DNA of 64,000 nucleotides, taken from assembly GCA_963830365.1 (NCBI GenBank), contig CAWHMU010000021.1, positions 16,339 through 80,338 of the forward strand. The letters are read 5' to 3'. Below are positions 40,239 through 50,027 of this stretch, one piece after another. The notes under the pieces were generated by a model. The model made no database searches and was not told where the DNA came from. It saw only the letters and a list, made by a program, of their open reading frames with translations. A program made the translations under genes and the position numbers. Each line of letters begins with the position of its first letter. Position 1 is the stretch's first letter. This DNA is from an uncultured Chlamydiae bacterium. Its GTDB lineage: Bacteria; Chlamydiota; Chlamydiia; Chlamydiales; Parachlamydiaceae.

Positions 40239-41675
40239 TTATGGCGTGGGCGTGATTGTCACTTTGAAGATATAGGATGAGGCTGTCGAATCCGTGATCA
40301 CATTGGTATTCGGCAGCGTGCTTTGGATGCCCCCTACAATATAGCCGATGACGGTAGGATTTGCCCCCAAAGCATCCAGGTCGACCACGCCATTGCTAAA
40401 GACAGGCATGTCCTCGGCCATGAAGAAATGCGAACCGGCGCCGAACAAGAGCTGGTTGCCGGGGTTGGACTGGGTCGAAAGGATCACCGGGTAGCTGCTA
40501 TTCATCAAATATTGCGTGTAGTTTCCATGATTATCCCGTTTGATAGTCGTCACTTCGTTAATAAAGGGTATTTCCTCATCCACCTGAAAGGCGCCGTTCT
40601 GGATGAATCCGTAGCTGATGCCGCCAAAAAGCACGCTGTACATATCCTTACTTTTTTTGGAGAACAATTCCAGATTGGACGCTTGATAATGGTTCATGGC
40701 CTGCTTAAAGGCCTTATGAGGCTTTTCCATATGCGGCTTGCCATGGCGGTCGATCTCCACCGGCACCGTCCACACCCCTGTATCCAGGGTAAACACGCCT
40801 GCAAAAGCAATCAAGCCGGGCTGATAGCTGCCGCCTTGATGAAAGATAGCAGGCACGATATTCAAATCGCGCCGGCGATAATAGTTTTTTTTCTCATCGG
40901 GCTTGGCGGGAAGGAATTTGACATCCAGATTGACGCCGTCATCCTTCAGGCGGAAACGGCGCACCTGTTCGCTGTACATCCCATTGGATTCGTCGAAATA
41001 AAAGCCCGTAAAATTCTGACCGAACACCAGCAATATAATGTCGTCGTCGATTTGAAACATATCGCCGCCGGTGATTTGGAAAACGGGATCGGAAATCTGA
41101 CGGATATATTGCGCGGCCGTCTGTCCGGGCGAGGGGTTGATCACCCAGCTCATCAGACCGGGGATGTTGATGGCTGTCAGGGTGTCTTTGGTGGAAAACT
41201 GACCGGTAGCGGTGATGACGCCATAGCCGCCGGTGATGTATAATGTGTCGCCGTTCCATTCGGATTGTGGGGAAGTGACCGACAGCGTATCGATCTGTTC
41301 CTGAGTTAAACCTGAAGAAGGATCGTATAAGGAACGTGAATAGGTCGTGCCGGTAGCAGGATTCACCACGTAGATGTCAGTATTTTGCGCCGTGGGGGGG
41401 AAGTTATCGTCCGTATTGCTGAAGTCGTGCAAACCGTTTGTGCGCCCCGCTAAAAAGAGCCATTGCCCATTATATGACGCCCAGGCATATGATTGGAGGC
41501 CATTCGGCAGGCTAAAATCCGCCTGTACGATCTGCAGTTGGAAAGTATCGAATGCATTTTGCAGAACAGGGCTCAACTCCTGGGTTTGATTCGGCGATGG
41601 GCTTGCAGCAGAAACTAAAGTTACGGAGCTTACCAGGTAGGCCAAGCACAAACGTTTAAAGGCTGTCATCAACAT
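40239..41675 (-). CDS. Secreted hypothetical protein (kelch-like GG motifs)
   Basis: Signal peptide; LAGRTNGLH, ITGGYG, ITGG, FGGIS, IVGGI. Confidence 0.8.
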   Translation of the reverse strand: MLMTAFKRLCLAYLVSSVTLVSAASPSPNQTQELSPVLQNAFDTFQLQIVQADFSLPNGLQSYAWASYNGQWLFLAGRTNGLHDFSNTDDNFPPTAQNTDIYVVNPATGTTYSRSLYDPSSGLTQEQIDTLSVTSPQSEWNGDTLYITGGYGVITATGQFSTKDTLTAINIPGLMSWVINPSPGQTAAQYIRQISDPVFQITGGDMFQIDDDIILLVFGQNFTGFYFDESNGMYSEQVRRFRLKDDGVNLDVKFLPAKPDEKKNYYRRRDLNIVPAIFHQGGSYQPGLIAFAGVFTLDTGVWTVPVEIDRHGKPHMEKPHKAFKQAMNHYQASNLELFSKKSKDMYSVLFGGISYGFIQNGAFQVDEEIPFINEVTTIKRDNHGNYTQYLMNSSYPVILSTQSNPGNQLLFGAGSHFFMAEDMPVFSNGVVDLDALGANPTVIGYIVGGIQSTLPNTNVITDSTASSYIFKVTITPTP

Positions 41676-41678
41676 ATA

Positions 41679-42737
41679 CTAATTTCCATCTGTTAAATTT
41701 TTGGGCATTAAAAAATCTGCGATAAAGACTTGGCTGGTCTTATCGGAACCCCGCTTGGAAGTCCATAATAGCTTATGGCCATCATTGCTAAACACGGGCA
41801 GGCCGTCAAAAGTCGGACTATGCGTCAAACGATATGATGCCCCTGTCTGCACATTGAGCAGATAGATTTCATAATGGGCATGTCCATGCAATGAAGTGGT
41901 ATAGGCGATGACTTTGCCTTCAGGATGCCAGTATGGTGCCCAGTTGACGGCAGCATTATGTGTCAATTGCCTTAAGTTTGTGCCGTCGGCATTGATAACA
42001 TAGATCTGCAGATAATCGGGTTTGTCGTAATCGGCCCTGAAGACAATCTGGCTGTTGTCGGGGGAAAAGAACGACCCTCCATTATAGCCTTGTGTTGTAT
42101 CTGTGACAGGCTGGACAGCAGAGCCGTCAGCTTGCATGGTATAGATGTTCATGCTGCCACTTTTGTTGCTGGCAAACACAATGCGGGAGCCGTCGGAGGC
42201 ATAGGCGCATTCGGCATGGTAAGCAGGACCTGTCGTCAAGGGCTGCAGATGGGAGCCATCCGGATCGGCTTCATAAATATTCATATAAGGAGTGAATTGC
42301 CAGGCGTAGCGCCCTCCCTGGCGTTGATATCCCGGCACATCTATGTGGGTATCGCCAAGCTGTGGATCGTCATGGCTGGAGGCGAAGATGATCTTTTTGC
42401 CATCGGGTCTGAAGAAGGCACACGTACAGGCCCCGCGTCCTGTGCTTACCATCCTTGGCACTCCCTCATCGAGATTTAACGTATAAATCTGATAGTGTTC
42501 TTGTCCGGCGGCAACCGCCTGGAAGATAATGGTCTTGCCATCCGGCGAAAAATAAGCTTCTCCGGCTTTCTCAAAACCCATCGCAGGGAAAGTCACCTGC
42601 CGTATGTTTTTTAAGGATATGGCTTCAAGCATAGTGTCGAAGATTTCTTCAGCATAAACTTCTCCTGCATAGCAGAAAGACTGAAACCCGGATACGCAGA
42701 GGCAGAAAAATAGGACATGAAATCTAATTCTCATCAT
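41679..42737 (-). CDS. TolB-like (PD40 repeat) beta-propeller protein
   Basis: Repeated FSPDGxxIxF...YQIY motifs. Confidence 0.88.
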   Translation of the reverse strand: MMRIRFHVLFFCLCVSGFQSFCYAGEVYAEEIFDTMLEAISLKNIRQVTFPAMGFEKAGEAYFSPDGKTIIFQAVAAGQEHYQIYTLNLDEGVPRMVSTGRGACTCAFFRPDGKKIIFASSHDDPQLGDTHIDVPGYQRQGGRYAWQFTPYMNIYEADPDGSHLQPLTTGPAYHAECAYASDGSRIVFASNKSGSMNIYTMQADGSAVQPVTDTTQGYNGGSFFSPDNSQIVFRADYDKPDYLQIYVINADGTNLRQLTHNAAVNWAPYWHPEGKVIAYTTSLHGHAHYEIYLLNVQTGASYRLTHSPTFDGLPVFSNDGHKLLWTSKRGSDKTSQVFIADFLMPKNLTDGN

Positions 42738-42740
42738 ATT

Positions 42741-43127
42741 TTAGCCTTCAACAGATTGTTCATTAGAAGCAAGTGGAGGTAGGAATAAGCCGAGTGTACC
42801 CAAGGCCAAGATTTCAATCATGGCAATGCGCACCAAGTTATACTGTTGATGGAATGTCACAGGCATCCCAGCTCCTTGTGTCAGCCAGGCGGCTGTTTGC
42901 ATACCTGCAGCAAGGGAAATGAGCTGCACAGGGATTTGCAATATCGATTCCTGGGTTTCTGTCGCCTTGGTTAAAATCTGGGCAATCACACTGCCTGCCA
43001 CCGATTGTGTCAGTGATGCCAAGGCGATGGCTTTCACATCTAAATTATAGTTTGCGAAGAACCTGGCATTGGCCGCATTAATCAGAAATTTCGAGAACTC
43101 TAACGTCGTATTAAACGCAATACTCAT
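42741..43127 (-). CDS. Hypothetical membrane protein
   Basis: 128-aa ORF in an operon-like run, AAGGT RBS. Confidence 0.65.
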   Translation of the reverse strand: MSIAFNTTLEFSKFLINAANARFFANYNLDVKAIALASLTQSVAGSVIAQILTKATETQESILQIPVQLISLAAGMQTAAWLTQGAGMPVTFHQQYNLVRIAMIEILALGTLGLFLPPLASNEQSVEG

Positions 43128-43195
43128 GGCTACCTTCTATGGCTACCTTCTTACTAGAAACATGACATGCAGCACCTTCTTCCGAGGCAGGGGCG

Positions 43196-43954
43196 CTATT
43201 TTTCTCCTCCCTCTTTCACTACCTGCACATAGACGTCAGCCTCCCCCCAAGTGAAGGTGGCGGTGAAATACTTCATCACCTCAAAGCATGGCTTGTCCGT
43301 GTAGTCTGTCAGAGGATAACTGACAGTAATAATCTTAGTCCCCACCGGCAGGCGCGAAAACTTTGCAGCCAGCGCCTTGATGGCCTTGTCTTCCAGGCAT
43401 GTCCCATACAGATAACACACCGTAGCTCCTGTGAAGTTGCTATCGCAAATATCTGCCAAACGGAATTCGATGCCTTTGACGCCAAGTTTGTTTTTTATGC
43501 GGTTGGCGCGTTCGACAAATTCGGGCACATATTCGATGCCTACGACCTTGCAGCCGATGATGCTATGCAGCCAAAAACACCCCCGTCCCCGACCTGCGCC
43601 AAGCTCATAGACGCAATCTTTAGGGCCGATGCCGCTTGCGCGCGCAATCAGCTCCAGCGTCGTCAGGGGCGTTTCACCATAGGCGTAGATATCCTTATCA
43701 CCCTTATGCATCAAAAAGCGCTTGCTGATGGAATAGGGGTTGTGAAAGAGATACATCAGCCGCAAGGCAATATCTGCCTTGAGAAACGACAGGTTGCCAT
43801 AGTACCGGCAGGCTACTTTAATAAATTCTATGATATTGCGCAAACACACCACAAAATTTATCCAGAGAAGGACTAAAAACTCTCTGATACTCATGTGTTC
43901 GCTTTTCTCGATGGAATGGTGCATTGAGTCTCTCCAAATAGATTGTCGTTTCAA
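43196..43954 (-). CDS. Class I SAM-dependent methyltransferase
   Basis: YGETP, YELGAGRG, VVGIE; overlaps the mgtE stop; start uncertain. Confidence 0.85.
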   Translation of the reverse strand: MKRQSIWRDSMHHSIEKSEHMSIREFLVLLWINFVVCLRNIIEFIKVACRYYGNLSFLKADIALRLMYLFHNPYSISKRFLMHKGDKDIYAYGETPLTTLELIARASGIGPKDCVYELGAGRGRGCFWLHSIIGCKVVGIEYVPEFVERANRIKNKLGVKGIEFRLADICDSNFTGATVCYLYGTCLEDKAIKALAAKFSRLPVGTKIITVSYPLTDYTDKPCFEVMKYFTATFTWGEADVYVQVVKEGGEK

Positions 43955-45441
43955 GCAAAAATAGGATAGATAACGCGGGCGATAAGAAAAAACATCAACG
44001 TCGATAGCACGTCATTGAAAGCCGTTACAATCGGTCCCGAGGCCACTGCCGGATCTATGCCGAAACGGGCAAAAAAGAACGGCGAAAATGTCCCCAGCCC
44101 CGTGGCCATCAAACAAGCTCCCAGCAAACCGACACTGACTGTCGTACCTACGGCCAGCGGATCGCCGCCGGAATTGTGGATTTGAAAATGATTGAGGAGA
44201 TAGACGACAAGGCCGCAAAAAACGCCAAAGACACACCCAATAAGCAGGCCGATGCCAAGCTCCTGACTCACCGCATTCATGCGCGAGCCGCTGGAAAGTC
44301 CGCCGGTTGACATCCCGCGCACGAGGATAGTACTGCACTGCAGGCCCACATTTCCGGACATGCCGGCGATCAACGGCACAAAGAACGGCACATAGACAAA
44401 CCATAAGCGGTCTTTGAAATGCGCCATGGCAGTGGCTGTCACCAATCCGGCACAAAGGGTCACTAGCAGCCATGGGGCGCGCAAAATAAAACGCTCTAGG
44501 ATGGGGGCCTGTTCGCTCACATCCTCGGCGGTACCGGCGATATTGGCGATCGTTTCATCGGCGATATCTTCCATGGCCTCTACGACATCTTCATAGGTGA
44601 TGACGCCGATTAGATGGTCTTCCTCATCAACCACCGGCAAGGCGGGGATTTTATATCTTTCCACTAGATCGACGACCTCATCACGCGAATCATCGGCGGT
44701 CACCTTGTGCAAAACAGGGCGCATAACCTGTCGCAGGGGTAGATATGCAGGATTTACCATCAGGTTGCGTCCAGGCACAAAACCGGCCAAGGCGCCATCG
44801 TCGGTGAGTACAAAAATGCAGCGGGTCAATTCAATACCCGGATTATCGCGGATGCAGGCCGTCACTTCACCGATGGTGGCATGCATATGGAAAGCAAAAA
44901 ATTCGTTGGTCATCAGGCGGCCGGCGCTATGCCTGTCATGTTGCTGCAAATCGCGGATGCGGGCAGCTTTTTTCGGATCGAGCTGCTCTAAAACGCGCTT
45001 CAAGCGCCGATCGGACATATCGTCCAGGATCCAGACGGCTTCATCCGGCGGCATCTTTTCAATCAGGCGGTTGATCTCTTTATCATCGATTTGACGGAAG
45101 ATGGCACTGCGGGTATTGCTACCGGTATTGATCATGAAAATTATCTTAGCATTCAAATCGGGCAGGTTGTCATAGACGACAACGCGGGCGCTGGGCGGCA
45201 GCCGTGTAACAGCATGGGCAAGGTCGATGGGATCGTGTTCGCTTGCGATTTTGGCAACATCATGCAGCAGAACTTGCGATGTCTGCTTATGGAAAGCGCT
45301 TTCAAGTTTTTCATTAAGTACATCATCGAGGTGGCTAATCTTTGAATCCATAAGATTGCCCGTCGACGTGCTGTAATCATCCAACTCTTGATGTCTGCCC
45401 TCAAAATCAGCTGTGTGCTCACCATGGGATTTACTTTCCAT
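43951..45441 (-). CDS. mgtE: Magnesium transporter MgtE
   Basis: N-domain, CBS pair (SAGRLMT, LPVVD), RAPWL, GNVGLQ, DPAVASGP...ND; ATG 45441 after GGAGGG. Confidence 0.96.
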   Translation of the reverse strand: MESKSHGEHTADFEGRHQELDDYSTSTGNLMDSKISHLDDVLNEKLESAFHKQTSQVLLHDVAKIASEHDPIDLAHAVTRLPPSARVVVYDNLPDLNAKIIFMINTGSNTRSAIFRQIDDKEINRLIEKMPPDEAVWILDDMSDRRLKRVLEQLDPKKAARIRDLQQHDRHSAGRLMTNEFFAFHMHATIGEVTACIRDNPGIELTRCIFVLTDDGALAGFVPGRNLMVNPAYLPLRQVMRPVLHKVTADDSRDEVVDLVERYKIPALPVVDEEDHLIGVITYEDVVEAMEDIADETIANIAGTAEDVSEQAPILERFILRAPWLLVTLCAGLVTATAMAHFKDRLWFVYVPFFVPLIAGMSGNVGLQCSTILVRGMSTGGLSSGSRMNAVSQELGIGLLIGCVFGVFCGLVVYLLNHFQIHNSGGDPLAVGTTVSVGLLGACLMATGLGTFSPFFFARFGIDPAVASGPIVTAFNDVLSTLMFFLIARVIYPIFA

Positions 45442-45457
45442 CTTCCCTCCTGATACA

Positions 45458-46339
45458 GGCACTCAATATACTGGCACTCAATATACTGGCACTCAATATA
45501 CTGGCACTCAATATACTGGCACTCAATATACTGGCACTCAATATACTGGCACTCAATATACTGGCACTCAATATACTGGCACTCAATATACTGGCACTCA
45601 ATATACTGGCACTCAATATACTGGCACTCAATATACTGGCACTCAATATACTGGCACTCAATATACTGGCACTCAATATACTGGCACTCAATATACTGGC
45701 ACTCAATATACTGGCACTCAATATACTGGCACTCAATATACTGGCACTCAATATACTGGCACTCAATATACTGGCACTCAATATACTGGCACTCAATATA
45801 CTGGCACTCAATATACTGGCACTCAATATACTGGCACTCAATATACTGGCACTTAATATACTGGTATTCAATATACTGGTATTCAATATACTGGCATTCA
45901 ATATACTGGCACTCAATATACTGGCACTCAATATACTGGCACTCAATATACTGGCACTCAATATACTGGCACTCAATATACTGGCACTCAATATACTGGC
46001 ACTCAATATACTGGCACTCAATATACTGGCACTCAATATACTGGCACTCAATATACTGGCACTCAATATACTGGCACTCAATATACTGGCACTCAATATA
46101 CTGGCACTCAATATACTGGCACTCAATATACTGGCACTCAATATACTGGCACTCAATATACTGGCACTCAATATACTGGCACTCAATATACTGGCACTCA
46201 ATATACTGGCACTCAATATACTGGCACTCAATATACTGGCACTCAATATACTGGCACTCAATATACTGGCACTCAATATACTGGCACTCAATATACTGGC
46301 ACTCAATATACTGGCACTCAATATACTGGCACTCAATAT
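45458..46339. repeat. 15-bp tandem array (ctggcactcaatata), about 59 copies
   Basis: Directly visible; four variant units at about 45851-45900. Confidence 0.97.
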
Positions 46340-46666
46340 TGTTTGCCATGACGGCATTGTTCACAGATAAGTTGGTTTTGACAAACTATGATGCAACCTA
46401 TATTGCGACAAGATATTCTTTTTTACGAGTTTCTCTGGGGAGAGTGTACTTCTAAAAAAACAATTCCCACAAGCAAAAAGCGCCATGGTGATTTGGCATG
46501 GTGATTTGGATTGCAGTCAGGCTGCCCCTTTAATCCAAGCCCTATCTGGCTTGCCCCCCTTGCCATATACAGCGGCTACCGTCATTATTTTAACTTTAAT
46601 ATTGTAATTTTACAAAGTTACTGCTATGATTACTTCTTTTTAAACCTAAAAAATAACAAAAATCCT

Positions 46667-48499
46667 ATGTATTCACCAAAAAAAATTCGTAATATCGCCA
46701 TTATTGCCCACATTGACCACGGCAAAACAACTATGCTTGACAGCATGCTCAAGCAATCCCATGTCTTTAGAGACAACGAAGCTGTCCCCGAACGTGCTAT
46801 GGATTCCTACGATCAAGAAAAAGAACGCGGCATCACCATCTTCGCCAAACACACCTCGGTACGTTTCATTGATGACGCTGGTGACGATTACAAAATCAAT
46901 ATCATCGATACACCGGGTCACGCAGACTTCTCAGGCGAAGTGGAGCGCATCCTCGGCATGGTCAACTCAGTATTGCTGCTGGTCGATGCCCAGGAAGGCC
47001 CTATGCCGCAAACGCGCTTTGTGCTGTCCAAATCCCTGAAAATGGGCCTGCGCCCTATCGTCGTGCTGAACAAAATCGACCGCCCACATGCTTCTCCGGA
47101 TGCCGTGCTGGATGCCACCTTCGATCTATTTAACGAACTCGGCGCAACCGATGCCCAGCTCGATTTCAGCTATTGCTATGCCTCCGGGCTTTCCGGCTTT
47201 GCCACGCACCAAGTCGACGATAAGCGCGTTGACATGCGTCCGCTTTTCGAACTCATCGTCTCGGCTGTAGATGCACCGCAGGGCAGCCTGGAAGAACCGT
47301 TCCTCATGCAAGCTGCCACGATCTCTTATGATGATTATGTGGGCAGACAAGCCTGCGGCAGGATTCTTGAAGGCTCCGTCAAAAAAGGCCAAATCGTCAT
47401 CCATTGTGATGCCGAAGGCAAGCAAACCAGATGCCCCATCACGCGCGTCGAAGGCTATTTGGGTTTGCATAAAATCGAAATGGATGAAGCTGGTGTAGGC
47501 GATATCGTCTCCCTTTCCGGCATTCCTGAAGTCATGATCGGCGATACGCTATGCGATCCAAAGAAAATCGTACGCCTGCCTCCTATCAAGCTGGATGAGC
47601 CCACCGTTTCTGTCGATATCACCGTCAACACCAGCCCCTTTGTCGGACAAAGCGGCAAACATGTCACCATGAACAAAATCCGCGATCGCCTAGAAAAGGA
47701 AAAGCGTGCCAATATCTCGTTGCGTATCTCGGAAAGCTCCGGCGATCAAGATAAAATCACCGTGGCCGGCCGCGGCGAATTGCACCTGTCGGTGTTGATT
47801 GAAGCCATGCGTCGCGAAGGTTATGAATTTAGCGTGTCTAAACCGCGTGTCATCATCAAAGAAGTCGACGGCGTCAAACTCGAACCAATAGAACGCGTGC
47901 ATATTGAAGTGCCTGAAGAATTTACCGGCAATATCATTGAAGAGCTATCACGTCGCCGTGGCGAAATGCAGCATTTGGATACCAACGAGCATAAAATAAC
48001 CAGCATGGAATTCGTCATGCCAACGCGCGGCCTGATGGGCTATCGCAATGACTTCTTGACGATCACGCGTGGCTTGGGCATTCTTACTTCGATCTTCGAA
48101 GAATTTGCCCCATGGAGAGGCTCTATCCCCGGACGTACCCGCGGTGTGCTTATTTCGGCCGGACCCGGCAAGACCAATGGCTACGCCTGCTTCAACCTGC
48201 AGGATCGTGGCGTGCTCTTCACCGGTCCTGGCGATGACGTCTATGAAGGCATGATCGTCGGCGCCAATAGCCGCGAAAACGATTTGATCGTCAATGTCAC
48301 CAAAGGCAAGCAGCTCACCAACGTCCGCGCTTCAGGCAGTGATGAAAACATCATCCTCATTCCTGCGCGCAGATTTACACTTGAGCAAGCCATCGATTAC
48401 ATTCAAGATGACGAACTCATTGAAGTGACACCGGATGCCATCCGCATGCGCAAACGTCACCTCACCGAACAAGATCGCAAACGCAAAGATAGTAAATAG
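46667..48499 (+). CDS. typA: Translational GTPase TypA/BipA
   Basis: [41 protein letters not shown]. Confidence 0.97.
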   Translation: MYSPKKIRNIAIIAHIDHGKTTMLDSMLKQSHVFRDNEAVPERAMDSYDQEKERGITIFAKHTSVRFIDDAGDDYKINIIDTPGHADFSGEVERILGMVNSVLLLVDAQEGPMPQTRFVLSKSLKMGLRPIVVLNKIDRPHASPDAVLDATFDLFNELGATDAQLDFSYCYASGLSGFATHQVDDKRVDMRPLFELIVSAVDAPQGSLEEPFLMQAATISYDDYVGRQACGRILEGSVKKGQIVIHCDAEGKQTRCPITRVEGYLGLHKIEMDEAGVGDIVSLSGIPEVMIGDTLCDPKKIVRLPPIKLDEPTVSVDITVNTSPFVGQSGKHVTMNKIRDRLEKEKRANISLRISESSGDQDKITVAGRGELHLSVLIEAMRREGYEFSVSKPRVIIKEVDGVKLEPIERVHIEVPEEFTGNIIEELSRRRGEMQHLDTNEHKITSMEFVMPTRGLMGYRNDFLTITRGLGILTSIFEEFAPWRGSIPGRTRGVLISAGPGKTNGYACFNLQDRGVLFTGPGDDVYEGMIVGANSRENDLIVNVTKGKQLTNVRASGSDENIILIPARRFTLEQAIDYIQDDELIEVTPDAIRMRKRHLTEQDRKRKDSK

Positions 48500-48541
48500 T
48501 AAGCTTGAAGAAAACCTGACAGCTGAAAGCTAAATGCAAGC

Positions 48542-48604
48542 AAAGATGAAGGTTGAGGGATGATGGCTGAAAGGCCAAAGTCCTTTAGCCTTCATCTTTT
48601 TTTT
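48542..48604 (+). terminator. typA terminator
   Basis: aaagatgaaggttgaggga...tcctttagccttcatcttt plus T run. Confidence 0.8.
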
Positions 48605-48631
48605 GGCGACATATTAAATATATTTATTTGC

Positions 48632-48850
48632 AACACAGCTCCGAAGGTGCTTCCCGGGAAAACGATGCTAGCCGTATGTTTTAGGAATATGTAATGGTGT
48701 GCGAATACCGATAAAATTCCTAAGCATCGGAGATGCGACTCTAAACGAGCCTAAGCAGCCGGGAGCCCGGCAGGGGTGACCGGAACTGGGTTTATTCGAT
48801 ATTTAATTGTGAGCCCTGAAAGGAAGACTCTTATATCCCGGGCGGTGTGA
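48632..48850 (+). ncRNA. Candidate structured RNA, family not recognised
   Basis: No ORF; closing stem cccggga/tcccggg, long internal stem capped by GCGA, further GC-rich hairpins. Confidence 0.4.
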
Positions 48851-48909
48851 TAAGAAAGAATTAATAATCTCAAGTAGCCGCTAGCAAGGGGCTTTTCGAC
48901 TATTGATTT

Positions 48910-49076
48910 AACCTAGAAACGGCAGTTGAGCATGTAAAAAGGTGTTCAAGATTTTTGGCTGCAACGGTTTGCGAAAGACAAGGACATCACCAAATCGGTG
49001 AGGCCCTATTTTTCGCAAACCGCTGCAGCCAAATAGATTGGGCAGATTTTCCAGGGGCAACTGCCGTTTCTAGGTT
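48910..49076. repeat. Palindromic element with aacctagaaacggcagttg termini
   Basis: Ends aacctagaaacggcagttg / caactgccgtttctaggtt; short copy at 29266-29310 and half copy at 62674-62757. Confidence 0.85.
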
Positions 49077-49557
49077 TAATTTCTTCCATCTAAACATCCA
49101 TCTTAAGTTAGCCATGAATACAGCGGAAGCATGTAACCACAGGTGTCAACCTGTGGTAAACTCATCATTAATATGGCTCATCGCGCAAATGAGTACCCAT
49201 GAGGTTTTCCCGACCTTCTCTGTGACTCTGTGCCTCTGTGGTGAAATCTGCTTGCTGGATGTATAATATTATCAATCAGAGTGTTACGGAAAGCTTCACC
49301 ACCGAGACACAGAGGCACAGAGAAGAAAAATGGAGATTGCTCTTAGGGTTTTGTTAATTAGGTACTCATTTGCGTGATGAACCATTAATATCAAGTCGTG
49401 GCTAAGGCGGCAGAGCGCTCGAAGACCCTGCCGCCTTAGCCATGGCTTAATCTCTTTGGCTGTGATTACCACAGATTGACACCTGTGGTTACATGCTTCC
49501 GCCGTATTCACGGCTAATTCAATATTTTGGCCTGGATGTTAAGATGAATGAAATTAA
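49076..49557. repeat. Nested palindromic element cluster C (four levels)
   Basis: IR pairs 49076/49557, 49108/49517, 49173/49385, 49216/49324, plus hairpin 49393-49448. Confidence 0.88.
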
Positions 49558-49705
49558 GGTGATAGCTGGGTTGTCCACCAGCAGGACTGTACATGTCAAA
49601 ACGCAATATTGCTTGATTCGCTGATAATCAAGATTGAATAACAGTCAAATATTTCTCATCAAAACGCTCTTATAATAATTGATTCGTTAAGATGGCCTCT
49701 GCAGC

Positions 49706-49990
49706 TTAGGCAGAGCCAAAGAACTTCGCCACGCATTCGCAAATGCCTATGCCAACACTATCATAAGTGCATACTTCAAAACAGGGCTCTTGGGATGATG
49801 GCTGACTTTCTGATGAACCGAAAAGAATGCACAAACCGATGGCAGTGACAGCAATAGTCAATACGCCAACCGCGCCGCAATTCTCATAACATACTCCCAA
49901 ACACTGCCCAGCATCATCGGCATTATTAAATGCGCTATAATTTATATCCGTGGTGCCGGCTTTATCCGGATTATATCTAATAACTGGCAT
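49706..49990 (-). CDS. Small Cys-rich membrane protein
   Basis: 94 aa, one hydrophobic segment, several Cys. Confidence 0.6.
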   Translation of the reverse strand: MPVIRYNPDKAGTTDINYSAFNNADDAGQCLGVCYENCGAVGVLTIAVTAIGLCILFGSSESQPSSQEPCFEVCTYDSVGIGICECVAKFFGSA

Positions 49991-50027
49991 GTTTATCTCT
50001 CGCTGTTAAGCTATCTTCTCTTTGCAG

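Noticed and set aside
40323..41243. 306-aa plus-strand ORF
   Set aside because: Antisense shadow of 40239..41675 with no recognisable motifs
45442..45462. GTG start or repeat-encoded N-terminus for MgtE
   Set aside because: The mgtE frame has TGA in the repeat units, and GGAGGG is properly spaced for ATG 45441
45458..46339. CRISPR array
   Set aside because: Units are contiguous 15-mers with no spacers, and no cas genes are present
48632..48850. Group I intron or glycine riboswitch
   Set aside because: Only short look-alike words; no P7 partner, no interrupted gene, no second aptamer motif
48955..49511. ORFs 48955..49266, 49296..49511 and 31607..32081
   Set aside because: They are translations of palindromic repeats; shared peptides reflect repeat DNA
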